Shown piece by piece: positions 35,139 to 44,960 of a stretch of 64,000 nt of DNA. A program made the translations under genes and the position numbers. The stretch's first letter is position 1, and every line of letters begins with the position of its first letter. Under the pieces are notes generated by a model. That model was not told where the DNA came from, searched no databases, and was given only the letters and a program-made list of their open reading frames with translations. This DNA comes from Minisyncoccota bacterium (GTDB lineage Bacteria; Patescibacteriota; Minisyncoccia; UBA6257; HR35), in the NCBI GenBank assembly GCA_032249155.1, contig JAVVGJ010000002.1, positions 10,836 to 74,835 of the forward strand, read 5' to 3'.

Positions 35139-37586
35139 ATGGATTTTTTAGAGAAATTTAGAGAAATAAATAGAAAAACTTTAGAAGAGATAGAAAAATT
35201 TTTAGAAACCAGTGCTGATGGGTTAAGTGAAAAAGAAGCAGAAAGTCGTCTTAAAAATTATGGAGAAAATATTATTTTTACCTTCAAAATAGACATTTTG
35301 GAAATAATAAAGAGAAATTTTTTAAATCTTTTCAATCTGCTTTTGCTTTTTGCTGGTTTATTTTCTTTTTTCTTGCAAGAATCAAAAATAGAGTCTTTTT
35401 TAATTATTTTTTTCTTTTTTCTTTCAGTTTTTATTTCTACATTCCAAGATTATAAATCCTCAAAACTTTTAGAAGACTTAATTAAAATTTTCAAAAATTA
35501 TGCTTACGTAAAAAGAGAAGGAATTTGGAAAAAAATAGAACAAAAATTTCTGGTTCCAGGAGATTTAGTTAAAGTAAAAGCTGGAGATATTGTTCCTGCT
35601 GATATTATCTTAACTAAATCGGAAGATTTTTTAATTGACGAATCAATTTTAACAGGAGAAAACGTACCTGTTTTTAAAAATGAAAAAGAAAAAGAAAATT
35701 TTGGCAACATTCTTTTTTCAGGTAGTTCGGTAATCAAAGGAGAAGGTGAAGGTTATGTTATTTTTACAGGCAAAGAAAGTTTTGCTGGTTCTTTAGCCAA
35801 AAAAATTTTAGAAATTAAAAAAGAAACAATTTATAAAAAAATCTTAGATGACTTTGCTAAAAAAATATTTTATTTTGCTTTACTTTTAGGAGTTTTACTT
35901 TTTATAAACAATATCATTAAAGGCCAATTTATAAGTATTAAAGAATTTACAATTTTTGTTATCGTTTTAATTGTAGCTATGGTTCCTGAATTTTTACCCG
36001 CAATGACAGTTTTAACTTTAAGTTTTACTGGAAAAAGACTTTCTAAAAAAGGACTTTTAATTAAAAGGCTTTCGGTTATTGAAGATTTAGGTACAATAGA
36101 AATTATTACTACAGATAAAACCGGCACCATTACCACTAACAAGCTTAAACTTAAAAATATAATTTCTGAAGATAAGGAGACTTTTATTAAATTTTTCTTA
36201 GCTGATTTTTATTTTTCAAAAGAAGAAACTCCTTACGAAAGTGCTATTTTAGAAAAAATAAAGAATTTGCCTGATTATAGCGACTTAGAATTTATTGAAG
36301 ATGTTCCTTTTGATCCACTAAAAAGAATAGAAAAATTAATAGTTAAAAATAAAAATGATGGAGAAATTATTGAGATAATAAAAGGAGCACCTGAGGAAAT
36401 TATCAAAAATTTTTTTAATAATAATGAAAAATATTTAGATGAGTTCTTCAAAGAGGATGAAAGTGGTTTTCGTACTTTAGCTTTAGCTCTTAAAATAGAA
36501 AATACTTATAAATACTTAGGAATAGCTTCTTTTGAAGATCCCTTAAAAAAAGAATCTTTCGAAGCGGTTAAATTGGCAAAAAAGATGAATGTAGAAATAA
36601 AAATTTTGACGGGAGACTCGCCAAAAGTAGCAAAAAAAGCAGGTTTAGATTTAGGAATTATAGACGAAGAAGAAAAAGTAATTACAGGTGAAGAAATTAG
36701 AAATTTAAGCGAAAAGGATTTAGAAGAGATTGTTTTTAAACACCATATATTTGCTAGGCTTTATCCAGATGATAAATTAAGGATTATTAAGATTTTAAAA
36801 AATAAAAAACCAACGCTTTTTTTAGGAGAAGGCATAAATGATCTTTTAGCATTAAGAGAGGCTGATGTTTCTATTGTTGTTGATTCTGCTGCTGAAATAT
36901 GTAAAGAGGAAGCAGATATTATTATGCTGGATAAAGATTTAAAAGATATTGTTGACGCTGTTTATGAAGGAAGAAAAGCCTTAGAAAACATCGGTAAATA
37001 TATTAAACATACAATGAGTGATAATTTTGGTAATTTAATTTCAGTTTCTTTTCTTACTTTATATCTTCCTTATCTTCCTTTAAAACCTCTTCAAGTTCTT
37101 TTAACAAATTTTCTCACTGATATTCCCCTAATTGCTTTTGCTAATGACAAAGTTAATGATGAAGATATTGCTAAACCAGTTAATTTTGATAATAAAAAAC
37201 TTTTGCTTTTGCTTTTGCTTTTGGGATTTTCGGCAGCCCTTGTAAACATTTTAGCTTATCTTTATATAAGAAACGAAGATGAAAAGACCGTCAGAACTTT
37301 TATATTTTTAATTACCACTTTAACAGGACTTTTAGTTTCTTTCCTAATTAGAAATAAAAGTATTTTCATCAAACAAAAATTTAATTTTTTTCTTTTCTTT
37401 AGCATTTTTTTAGCTTTAGTACTTACAATCATTTTTATCAAAATTCCATTTTTAGCTCAACTTTTCGATTTCAAAGATATTTCTTTTAAGCATTCAATTT
37501 TTATTTTAATTTTGCTTATAATTTTTATGTTGCTTACAGAAGTTTCAAAAATAATTTTCTACAAAAAATTTCCTGAATCCTTATGA
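35139..37586 (+). CDS. Cation-transporting P-type ATPase (MgtA/Ca2+-ATPase-like)
   Basis: 815 aa with a DKTGTIT phosphorylation motif, TGDSPKVA, and a hinge GEGINDLLAL (canonical GDGxNDxPAL). The A-domain has TGEN where TGES is canonical. There are about 10 TM helices. Confidence 0.8.
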   Translation: MDFLEKFREINRKTLEEIEKFLETSADGLSEKEAESRLKNYGENIIFTFKIDILEIIKRNFLNLFNLLLLFAGLFSFFLQESKIESFLIIFFFFLSVFISTFQDYKSSKLLEDLIKIFKNYAYVKREGIWKKIEQKFLVPGDLVKVKAGDIVPADIILTKSEDFLIDESILTGENVPVFKNEKEKENFGNILFSGSSVIKGEGEGYVIFTGKESFAGSLAKKILEIKKETIYKKILDDFAKKIFYFALLLGVLLFINNIIKGQFISIKEFTIFVIVLIVAMVPEFLPAMTVLTLSFTGKRLSKKGLLIKRLSVIEDLGTIEIITTDKTGTITTNKLKLKNIISEDKETFIKFFLADFYFSKEETPYESAILEKIKNLPDYSDLEFIEDVPFDPLKRIEKLIVKNKNDGEIIEIIKGAPEEIIKNFFNNNEKYLDEFFKEDESGFRTLALALKIENTYKYLGIASFEDPLKKESFEAVKLAKKMNVEIKILTGDSPKVAKKAGLDLGIIDEEEKVITGEEIRNLSEKDLEEIVFKHHIFARLYPDDKLRIIKILKNKKPTLFLGEGINDLLALREADVSIVVDSAAEICKEEADIIMLDKDLKDIVDAVYEGRKALENIGKYIKHTMSDNFGNLISVSFLTLYLPYLPLKPLQVLLTNFLTDIPLIAFANDKVNDEDIAKPVNFDNKKLLLLLLLLGFSAALVNILAYLYIRNEDEKTVRTFIFLITTLTGLLVSFLIRNKSIFIKQKFNFFLFFSIFLALVLTIIFIKIPFLAQLFDFKDISFKHSIFILILLIIFMLLTEVSKIIFYKKFPESL

Positions 37587-38626
37587 AAGAGATAATTAAA
37601 ACACTTACTTATTTAGATAGAAAAAAAGATTTTAGTTTTAATAAAAAAGAAGTAGATTTTTTAATTAATTTAAATAAAAATCTTTTTGATCATATTGACA
37701 GCAAACTAAATAATGAGTTTACTTACGGCTTCAATTTACACGGTAAAGATCATATAAGAAGCGTTTTTAAAAATGCCTTATTTTTCTACAAAAAAATAAA
37801 AAATAAAATCAATGATAAAACTTTAGCTGTTTCTATTCTTTACCATGATGTCGGCAATTTAATAGAAAGAAAAAATCATCATTTCTTTTCTAAAAAAATT
37901 CTTGAAGAAATATTTAAAAATTACGAGTTTAAAAATTTAGAAGAAGAAAAAATAATTTCTTCGGTTTACTTTCATGAATTGGAAGGTATAAAATCTTCTC
38001 CGCTAAAAATAAAGCTTTTTGAAAATTTTTTTAAAAATAAAAAATTAGATTTAATATCTTTTAAAAGATTTGAAAGGCAAATAGAAAAATTAAACCGCTT
38101 GCTTCCAGAAGAAAGTAAAATTCTTTTTATTGCTGATAATTTAGATATAGGTCCCCATAGACTTCCTATAAAAAACTTCAAATCGCAAGATTTCTTTATC
38201 ACAGAAAAGGATATACATATTTTTATAAACTCTCTTTGGAAATTTGAAGGTGCAGATTTTTTAAAAGAAGAATTAACTCTTACTTTTAAATTTAACCCTT
38301 ATTTAAAAAAATCAAAAGTTAAAAACAAAACCCTTTACAGATTAATTTTTAAAGGAAAAAGAATTTATTTTCCTGATTGGGCCTACAAAATTTATAAAAA
38401 TCATCATATATCTTTCTTTGATATTTCCTTAGCTTCTCTTTTTGCACTTTATAAAGAGTTAATCTACGTTTTCTTTCTTTTAAATAAAATTTTCAAAAAA
38501 GATATAAAACTTAAATTTGTAGATGAGAAAGGTTATTTCGAAAGAATTATTTATCTCAAAAAAGAAAATTTTTCAAAAAATATGTATTACGGACTTATAC
38601 TTCCTTTCAGACTTCACAAAATCTAA
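37583..38626 (+). CDS. HD-domain metal-dependent phosphohydrolase family protein
   Basis: 347 aa. It has H...HD motifs (HGKDHIRSV ... ILYHDVGNL). Confidence 0.5.
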   Translation: MKEIIKTLTYLDRKKDFSFNKKEVDFLINLNKNLFDHIDSKLNNEFTYGFNLHGKDHIRSVFKNALFFYKKIKNKINDKTLAVSILYHDVGNLIERKNHHFFSKKILEEIFKNYEFKNLEEEKIISSVYFHELEGIKSSPLKIKLFENFFKNKKLDLISFKRFERQIEKLNRLLPEESKILFIADNLDIGPHRLPIKNFKSQDFFITEKDIHIFINSLWKFEGADFLKEELTLTFKFNPYLKKSKVKNKTLYRLIFKGKRIYFPDWAYKIYKNHHISFFDISLASLFALYKELIYVFFLLNKIFKKDIKLKFVDEKGYFERIIYLKKENFSKNMYYGLILPFRLHKI

Positions 38627-40059
38627 CCCTTAACTACTCCTATAGGTACTAATTTTGCTAATTTTTTAGCAATACCGATTTGGTGAACGACTTCGACAAC
38701 CTCAGAAACATCTTTATAAGCAACTGGTGCTTCTTCAGCAAGACCTGACATACTTCCAGCAGCCACAGCTATTCCTCTTTTTTCAAGTTCTTTTTTTAGC
38801 TCACTTCCTTTAATTTTTCTTTTTGCTTCTGCTCTAGACATAACTCTTCCTGCGCCATGAGGAGCTGAACCAAAAGAAATTTCTTTAGCAAGCTCTTGGC
38901 CAATTAAGATATAACTTGAAGTTCCCATTGAACCTGGAATTAATGTTGGTTGACCAATTTCTTGATATTTTGGTGCTAATTCTGGGTGCCCTTTCCAAAA
39001 AGCTCTTGTGGCTCCTTTTCGATGAACAATTAACTTTTTACCTTCATACTCTTCAATCTTAACAATATTATGAGCCACATCATAAACTTGTTTTAATTTA
39101 ATTTCTTTGCCAAAAACTTTTTTAAAGGCTTTTCTAACTTGATGTAAAATAAGTTGTCTATTAGCAAAAGCAAAATTGGCTGCAGCTTTCATAGCTGATA
39201 AATAATTTTGACCTTCTGGATGAAGGTAAGGAAAATAAGCTAATTCTCTATCGGGTAATTCTATTTTTTGTTTGTCTATATAATTTAAAGCTTGGCGAAT
39301 ATAATCAGTAGCTACTTGATGACCTAAACCTCTGCTACCACAATGAATTAAAACAGCAATTTTTCCTTTTTCTAAACCTAATTTTTTTGCTATATCTTCA
39401 TCAAAAATTTCTTGCACTCTTTGAACTTCAACAAAATGATTCCCTGCTCCCATTGTTCCCAATTGATCTCTGCCTCTGTCTTTGGCTGTCTTAGAAACAG
39501 CTTCAGCATCTGCTCCCTCCAATCTTCCAAAACTTTCAGTTGCTTCCAAATCTTCTTTTTCTCCATAACCAAGTTCAACAATATATTGTGCTCCCTTTTC
39601 TAAAACTTTTTTCATTTCATCATTATTTAATTTCCAAAAGCCTCCTCTACCAACTCCAGAAGGAACTTGTTTAAATATTTCTTCAGTTAATTTAGGAATT
39701 TTATCTTTTACTTCTTCATAATCTAAATCTGTTACTGCTAGTCTTACCCCACAGTTGATGTCATAACCACAAATTCCAGGAGAAATTATTCCTTCATCAT
39801 AATCAAAAGCAGCAATTCCACCAACAGGCATTCCGTATCCTTCATGAATATCTGGCATAGCCAAGGCATATTTATAAATTCCTGGAAGTGAAGCAACATT
39901 TGTAAGCTGCCATAAACTCTTATCTTCTAAAATATCATCTAGCATATTTTCGTCAGCAAAAATTCTAGCAGTAACTTTCATGTCTTCACGGAAATTTTTA
40001 GGTATTTCCCAAATGTAATTTGAAATTTTTATAAGATCTCCCTTTTTAGGAAGCTTCAT
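38623..40059 (-). CDS. rtcB: RNA-splicing ligase RtcB (3'-phosphate/5'-hydroxyl RNA ligase)
   Basis: 478 aa. It has the conserved motifs DIHEGYGMPVGG, NCGVR, and GAGNHFVEVQ, with His metal ligands. Confidence 0.9.
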   Translation of the reverse strand: MKLPKKGDLIKISNYIWEIPKNFREDMKVTARIFADENMLDDILEDKSLWQLTNVASLPGIYKYALAMPDIHEGYGMPVGGIAAFDYDEGIISPGICGYDINCGVRLAVTDLDYEEVKDKIPKLTEEIFKQVPSGVGRGGFWKLNNDEMKKVLEKGAQYIVELGYGEKEDLEATESFGRLEGADAEAVSKTAKDRGRDQLGTMGAGNHFVEVQRVQEIFDEDIAKKLGLEKGKIAVLIHCGSRGLGHQVATDYIRQALNYIDKQKIELPDRELAYFPYLHPEGQNYLSAMKAAANFAFANRQLILHQVRKAFKKVFGKEIKLKQVYDVAHNIVKIEEYEGKKLIVHRKGATRAFWKGHPELAPKYQEIGQPTLIPGSMGTSSYILIGQELAKEISFGSAPHGAGRVMSRAEAKRKIKGSELKKELEKRGIAVAAGSMSGLAEEAPVAYKDVSEVVEVVHQIGIAKKLAKLVPIGVVKG

Positions 40060-40700
40060 TTGTTTTCTATTTCTTTTTCTATTTCTTTTTCTAAGGAATC
40101 AAAAGAAGTTAAATTGACAAAGCGATTATTAACAAAAAAACTTGGTGTGCCAGTAAGCCCTAAGCTTAAAGCTTCTTTTCTTTCTTCTAAAATCTTATTT
40201 TTTATTTCTTGACTTTCATAATCTTCTTCAAATTTTTCAAGATCTAAATTAAGTTCTTGGGCATATTTAATAAAAAGTTCTTTAGGATTTTGTGAATTCT
40301 TCCATTCATCTTGCCTTGAAAACAAAATGTCATGCATTTCCCAAAATTTTCCCTGTTTTCCTGCTGCCTCGGCTGCTTGTGAAGCATAAACAGCTTTTGG
40401 ATGGATTTCAATTAAAGGAAAGTGTCTATAAACCAATGCTATTTCATCTTTATATTTTTCTTTCAAATTTTTAGTTATTGGTACAAAAGCTCGACAGGCT
40501 GGACATTCAAAATCAGAATATTCATAAACTATTACTTTGGCTTTTTTAGGATCACCCCAAATATGATCTTCTTCTCGTAAACTTAAATTATACTCTTTCT
40601 TTACAATTCTAAAACTACTTACAAAACCCATAAAAATAAGAGAAAAAATGCTTATCCCCACAAAAATGAGTAAAAACAAATTATTTCTTTCTCCTTTCAT
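40056..40700 (-). CDS. DsbA-like thioredoxin-fold thiol:disulfide oxidoreductase (membrane anchored)
   Basis: 214 aa with an N-terminal TM helix and an FECPACRAF CxxC motif in a DsbA-like fold. Confidence 0.65.
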   Translation of the reverse strand: MKGERNNLFLLIFVGISIFSLIFMGFVSSFRIVKKEYNLSLREEDHIWGDPKKAKVIVYEYSDFECPACRAFVPITKNLKEKYKDEIALVYRHFPLIEIHPKAVYASQAAEAAGKQGKFWEMHDILFSRQDEWKNSQNPKELFIKYAQELNLDLEKFEEDYESQEIKNKILEERKEALSLGLTGTPSFFVNNRFVNLTSFDSLEKEIEKEIENK

Positions 40701-40733
40701 AAGTTTATTATAACACAGCAGTCTTCTAAGTTA

Positions 40734-41834
40734 TTATTTGCTGTAGTATTGAGTAATTTGTTCTGGAACTTTAATTCCTTCAATTTCAACTAAAGGATTG
40801 AAGGAATTAGATGAATATTCTTTTATTCGAGAAGCAAAGTAATCTTTATCATATTTCTCCCAATTTGCATTTAAGTATAAAGTAAGTTCTTCAGCACCAT
40901 CGATAAGATTAGGCACTATTTTAATAGTCTCATAACTTGTTCTTCTATCTTTCAAATCAACACTTAAAAAAGATTTCGAACCTTTACTTGGTAATGCAAG
41001 GTAAAAATTTCCATTATTATCTAATAAATAACTCACAAAATATTTCTTGTCTATTTCTTTTTTATTTTCTGGAAGATTCAAAATACTAAAGATAAAATCA
41101 TAATTTCCTTCGCCTGTTTTTCTTTCTCTTATAAGGCTCACAGAGATACTCATAGAGAAGCCGCCTTTTCTATAACCAGTAAATTTGCTTACATTGAATC
41201 TCAAAAATTCTTCTAAATTATCAGGGCTAAATGATTGATTAGTTTTGTAACTAACAGTTTTGTTAGGCACTAAATATTTAGTCCCAGGTAAATAAAATGG
41301 GCCAGTTAGTGTGACTACAGGACAACTACGTGTTAAACTATCTTTGGGATAAATGTTAAAAAGAAGGAAGAAATAATTTTCTGTTGAAGCATTTTCAAAT
41401 TCTAGATTAATATTTCTAGTTTCATATGGTTTTAATTTTATTGGTTGAGTTACATTTGAAGCTTGATAAAATTCTCCGGTATTAGAAATAAGATAAACGT
41501 TAAATGGTTTTAATTCTGGTTCGTTTAATACTTCATAACCACTAACCAGAGGAAATTCATTTTTAGTGTTGTTTTTAACAACTAAATTCAAAGAAATTTT
41601 TCCTTCTTCTTCGTTAAAATCTGTAAGTGTAAATCCAACGTCTTTTGAAATTTTAGTTTCGCATGAATAAAGAACAAAAGGTTTTTTTACTATTACGTAT
41701 TGCGCCCTCTGAGGTAATTTTGCTTCTACTAAAGTAAACGGAGGAATTCGTGAAGACTTTTCTTGGGCAAAAGAAGTGTTAATAAGACTTAAAGATATAA
41801 CCAAAATAGGCAATAAAAATTTAATTTTTTTCAT
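40734..41834 (-). CDS. Hypothetical secreted protein
   Basis: 366 aa with the signal peptide MKKIKFLLPILVISLSLINTSFAQE. No recognisable domain. Confidence 0.4.
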   Translation of the reverse strand: MKKIKFLLPILVISLSLINTSFAQEKSSRIPPFTLVEAKLPQRAQYVIVKKPFVLYSCETKISKDVGFTLTDFNEEEGKISLNLVVKNNTKNEFPLVSGYEVLNEPELKPFNVYLISNTGEFYQASNVTQPIKLKPYETRNINLEFENASTENYFFLLFNIYPKDSLTRSCPVVTLTGPFYLPGTKYLVPNKTVSYKTNQSFSPDNLEEFLRFNVSKFTGYRKGGFSMSISVSLIRERKTGEGNYDFIFSILNLPENKKEIDKKYFVSYLLDNNGNFYLALPSKGSKSFLSVDLKDRRTSYETIKIVPNLIDGAEELTLYLNANWEKYDKDYFASRIKEYSSNSFNPLVEIEGIKVPEQITQYYSK

Positions 41835-41921
41835 TTTTTCTATTTTAATTAATTTCGACTTTTTATCTTATACTTTTTATAGTATCAATTAATTAAAAAT
41901 TTTTCAAGTTCAAATTGTTAA

Positions 41922-43289
41922 ATGGACAAAAGGTTATGGCAAATAATTGAAAAAGAGATTAAAAGACAGGAAGAGACTTTGGAGCTTATTCCTTCAGAAA
42001 ATTTTGTTGATTTAGAAACTTTGTTTATTGTTGGCTCACCGCTAATGAATAAATATGCTGAAGGTTATCCAGGAAAAAGATATTATCCAGGAAATAAATA
42101 TATTGATGAAATTGAAAATTTAGCTAAAGAAAGAGCTTTGAAAGCTTTTAAATTAAATCCAAATGAATGGTCAGTTAATGTTCAGCCTTATTCTGGTTCT
42201 CCAGCAAACTTAGCCGTTTATCTTGGGCTTATAAATCCAGGTGAAACAATTATGGGATTAAATCTTTTTCATGGCGGACATTTAACTCATGGCCATAAAG
42301 TAAGCTATACAGGTAAACTTTTTAATTCAATTCAATATGGAGTTACACCACAGATTAATGCGAATTCTAAACGGATTAATACTGATGAAGATAACCAGCA
42401 GATTAATGCGGATTCTAAACGGATAAAAACGGACAAAAATAATCCGTATAGATCGGTTCCATATCCGAATGAATCCGTGGGCATAGATTTTGACCAGCTT
42501 GAAAAATTAGCTTTGGAGCATAAACCAAAAATTATTATTTCAGGAACAACTGCTTATCCAAGAATTTTAGATTTTAAAAAATTTTATGAAATTTCTAAAA
42601 AAGTTGGCGCTTATCATGTTGCTGACATTGCTCATATTGCTGGACTTGTTATTGCTGGACTCCATCCTTCACCTTTCCCTCATTCTGATGTTGTTACAAT
42701 GACAACTCATAAAACATTAAAAGGACCAAGAGGAGCAGTTATTTTTATGAGAAAAGAATTAGAAGAAAAAATTAATAAATCTGTTTTCCCTGGACTTCAA
42801 GGAGGACCGCATATCCATACTATCGCTGGAATTGCTTACGCATTTGGCAGAGCTTTAAAAAAATACTTTTATAATTATCAAAAACAAATAATTAAAAATT
42901 CAAAAAAATTAGCAGATGAATTAATAAAAAGAGGTTTTGAGCTTTATACTGGTGGAACTGATAATCATTTAATGATGATTGATTTAAAACCTCTTGGTTT
43001 AGATGGAAAAACAGCTGAAGCTTTACTTGAAAAAGCAAATATTATTGCTAACAGGAATTCTCTTCCCTCTGATACATCTCCTTTTAATCCTTCAGGAATT
43101 AGGCTTGGCACTCCAGCAATTACTTCTCGAGGCATGAAAGAAAAGGAAATGATAAAAATTGCTGAATTTTTTGAAAGAATCTTAATCAAAAAAGAAAAAC
43201 CAGAAAAAGTTAAAAAAGAAGTGATAGCTTTAACAAAAAAATTTCCTTTGCCTTATAGAAAGTGGCTGGAGATTGTAAAAAGAATTTAA
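41922..43289 (+). CDS. glyA: Serine hydroxymethyltransferase with an approximately 40-aa in-frame insertion
   Basis: 455 aa. The PLP lysine region TTTHKTLKGPRG and the SHMT N- and C-termini are conserved. The extra segment TPQINANSKRINTDEDNQQINADSKRIKTDKNNPYRSVPYPNESVG lies between YGV and IDFDQLEK. Confidence 0.85.
   Translation: MDKRLWQIIEKEIKRQEETLELIPSENFVDLETLFIVGSPLMNKYAEGYPGKRYYPGNKYIDEIENLAKERALKAFKLNPNEWSVNVQPYSGSPANLAVYLGLINPGETIMGLNLFHGGHLTHGHKVSYTGKLFNSIQYGVTPQINANSKRINTDEDNQQINADSKRIKTDKNNPYRSVPYPNESVGIDFDQLEKLALEHKPKIIISGTTAYPRILDFKKFYEISKKVGAYHVADIAHIAGLVIAGLHPSPFPHSDVVTMTTHKTLKGPRGAVIFMRKELEEKINKSVFPGLQGGPHIHTIAGIAYAFGRALKKYFYNYQKQIIKNSKKLADELIKRGFELYTGGTDNHLMMIDLKPLGLDGKTAEALLEKANIIANRNSLPSDTSPFNPSGIRLGTPAITSRGMKEKEMIKIAEFFERILIKKEKPEKVKKEVIALTKKFPLPYRKWLEIVKRI
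42351..42446. repeat. Imperfect tandem repeat (2 x about 48 bp) inside the glyA insertion
   Basis: cagattaatgcgaattctaaacggattaatactgatgaagataaccag and cagattaatgcggattctaaacggataaaaacggacaaaaataatccg encode QINANSKRINTDEDN and QINADSKRIKTDKNN. Confidence 0.8.
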
Positions 43290-43291
43290 AA

Positions 43292-43782
43292 TTATTTTTG
43301 ATTTCTTAAATATTTCTTATAATCACCTTTACAAAGTCGAGGCCCAAAAGAGTATGGGTGTAATTTTCTTATTGAAGTTTTTAAAACTCTTTTTAGTCCA
43401 CTATCAGCTATTAATATTTGGATGTCTCTTTTTATAAGTTCTGAAAATTCATAAATTATTTGTCTACATATACCACAAGGACTACTAAGTATTTTCAACT
43501 TAAAATAATCACTTTTTGCTAAAATAAAAATTTTATTAAATTTATAATATCCACTTGTAATTGCGTTCCCGATTACTATCCTTTCAGCACAAATAGAAGT
43601 ATAAGCACAAGTTTCTATATTAACCCCGTAAAAAATCTTATTATTAGTAGCAAGAACAGCAGAGGATACATAAAATTTGGAATAAGGATTATATGAATTA
43701 TCTATTATTTTATCGAGATAATAAAAAATTTCTTTTTCTTTATTGTTTAATTGTTTAAATTATTAAATTTTACTATTTTCAT
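43292..43782 (-). pseudogene. cdd: Cytidine deaminase disrupted by an 8-bp tandem duplication near the 5' end
   Basis: The ATG at 43780-43782 (minus) gives MKIVKFNNLNN*. The tandem copy TTGTTTAA TTGTTTAA (plus 43743-43758) shifts the frame. Without one copy, the ORF reads MKIVKFNNLNNKEKEIFYYLDKIIDNSYNPYSKFYVSSAV...CAERIVIGNAI...SSPCGICRQ..., a complete cytidine deaminase of about 160 aa with both Zn motifs (CAE, PCGxCRQ). Confidence 0.7.
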
Positions 43783-44051
43783 TTATTTTGAAGATCTCTA
43801 ACGATAACTCTTCTTTTACTAACACCAAGTTTTCTTAATGGACTTTCAGAAAATCCTAAATTAACTTCTATCTTTCCTTCAACCAAACTAAAAATTCGCT
43901 CGAGGTTTTTTGAGAATTTGGTAATTTCTGTGTTCCCCAATACTCTACAAATTCTATCTTCTTTCTTGGTTTTTTACTTTCCAGCTTAAATTCCATTTTT
44001 AAGTTTTAAGTAATTATAGCATAAAATTTATCAATTTTTAAAATGTTAGAT

Positions 44052-44195
44052 TTAACCTAATTCTTGCCTTACAATTCCATGAATAATATTTGAATCTGAA
44101 GGAATAATTTTTTCAATATAGTATTTTTCACAAATTGCTTGGGCTATAGCACAGCAAGGTCTTGCTCCATGCATCCATTTAGGATTTTCAGGCAT
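44052..44195 (-). CDS. Small hypothetical ORF (47 aa) with adjacent Cys pair
   Basis: Hand translation gives MPENPKWMHGARPCCAIAQAICEKYYIEKIIPSDSNIIHGIVRQELG*. There is no confident homology, so it is only a possible small redox protein. Confidence 0.2.
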   Translation of the reverse strand: MPENPKWMHGARPCCAIAQAICEKYYIEKIIPSDSNIIHGIVRQELG

Positions 44196-44258
44196 TAGGT
44201 TCTCTAACTCTTTTAATGATATCTTTTCAAAAATTTCTTTATTTTTATTTTTAAAATC

Positions 44259-44945
44259 TTATAATTCGATTAAAAATGGGTGGTCTTCATCTTCAAATAA
44301 ATTATTTTTCTTTAATGGATAATTAGCAAGTTTCATATAAGTTAGTTCTCCTCCTGTATAAAAAGCAATTTTTGGTTTATTTTGAACCTTGGGCAGTAAA
44401 TTTTTTACATAATTTACAACTTCTTCTAATTTTACTTTTGAAAATTCATCATTAATTTGAGGAAAATCAGTAAGAATTTTACCAACTCCAAAATCTAAAT
44501 TTACTCTTTCGATTGCTTCTTTACCGTACATTACTACAAGTTCTGTCGAGCCTCCGCCAATATTAATTAAAAGCAAGGGTTCATTTAAATTGCATTTTCC
44601 AACAAGAGCCATTTCTAAATAAAAATTCTCTAGATCTTGATCAATAATATTGAAATAAAGACCAGTTCTTAAAAAGACTTCGTCAATAAAATTAACTTTA
44701 GTTTCTGGTGCTAATTTTCTAAAAATTCCTGTAGCATAAAGCCTTATAGGTATATCTTTGTTTTCTTCTTTTACTTTCTCTAAAATTTCAAAAAGTTCTT
44801 TTTTATTTTCTTGAGAAATTCCTTTTTCAGGATCAAAACCTTCTTTAAAATATAAACTTTTTTGAAGCGCTAAACTCAGTTTCCCGTTAGAATATTTATA
44901 AACTTTAACTGTTGATGATCCTATATCTACTAAAATTTTTTCCAT
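44259..44945 (-). CDS. Ppx/GppA-family phosphatase (ASKHA fold), short form
   Basis: 228 aa. The N-terminal ILVDIGSSTVKV and LLLINIGGGSTELVVMYG match Ppx/GppA phosphate-binding motifs. It is much shorter than canonical Ppx. Confidence 0.45.
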   Translation of the reverse strand: MEKILVDIGSSTVKVYKYSNGKLSLALQKSLYFKEGFDPEKGISQENKKELFEILEKVKEENKDIPIRLYATGIFRKLAPETKVNFIDEVFLRTGLYFNIIDQDLENFYLEMALVGKCNLNEPLLLINIGGGSTELVVMYGKEAIERVNLDFGVGKILTDFPQINDEFSKVKLEEVVNYVKNLLPKVQNKPKIAFYTGGELTYMKLANYPLKKNNLFEDEDHPFLIEL

Positions 44946-44960
44946 TTTTATATTAACCCT

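Noticed and set aside
43797-43990. A plus-strand open frame of about 65 codons (TITLLLLTPSFLNGLSENPK...).
   Set aside because: It has no plausible start codon and no motifs, and it lies antisense to the more gene-like, though frameshifted, minus-strand ORFs.
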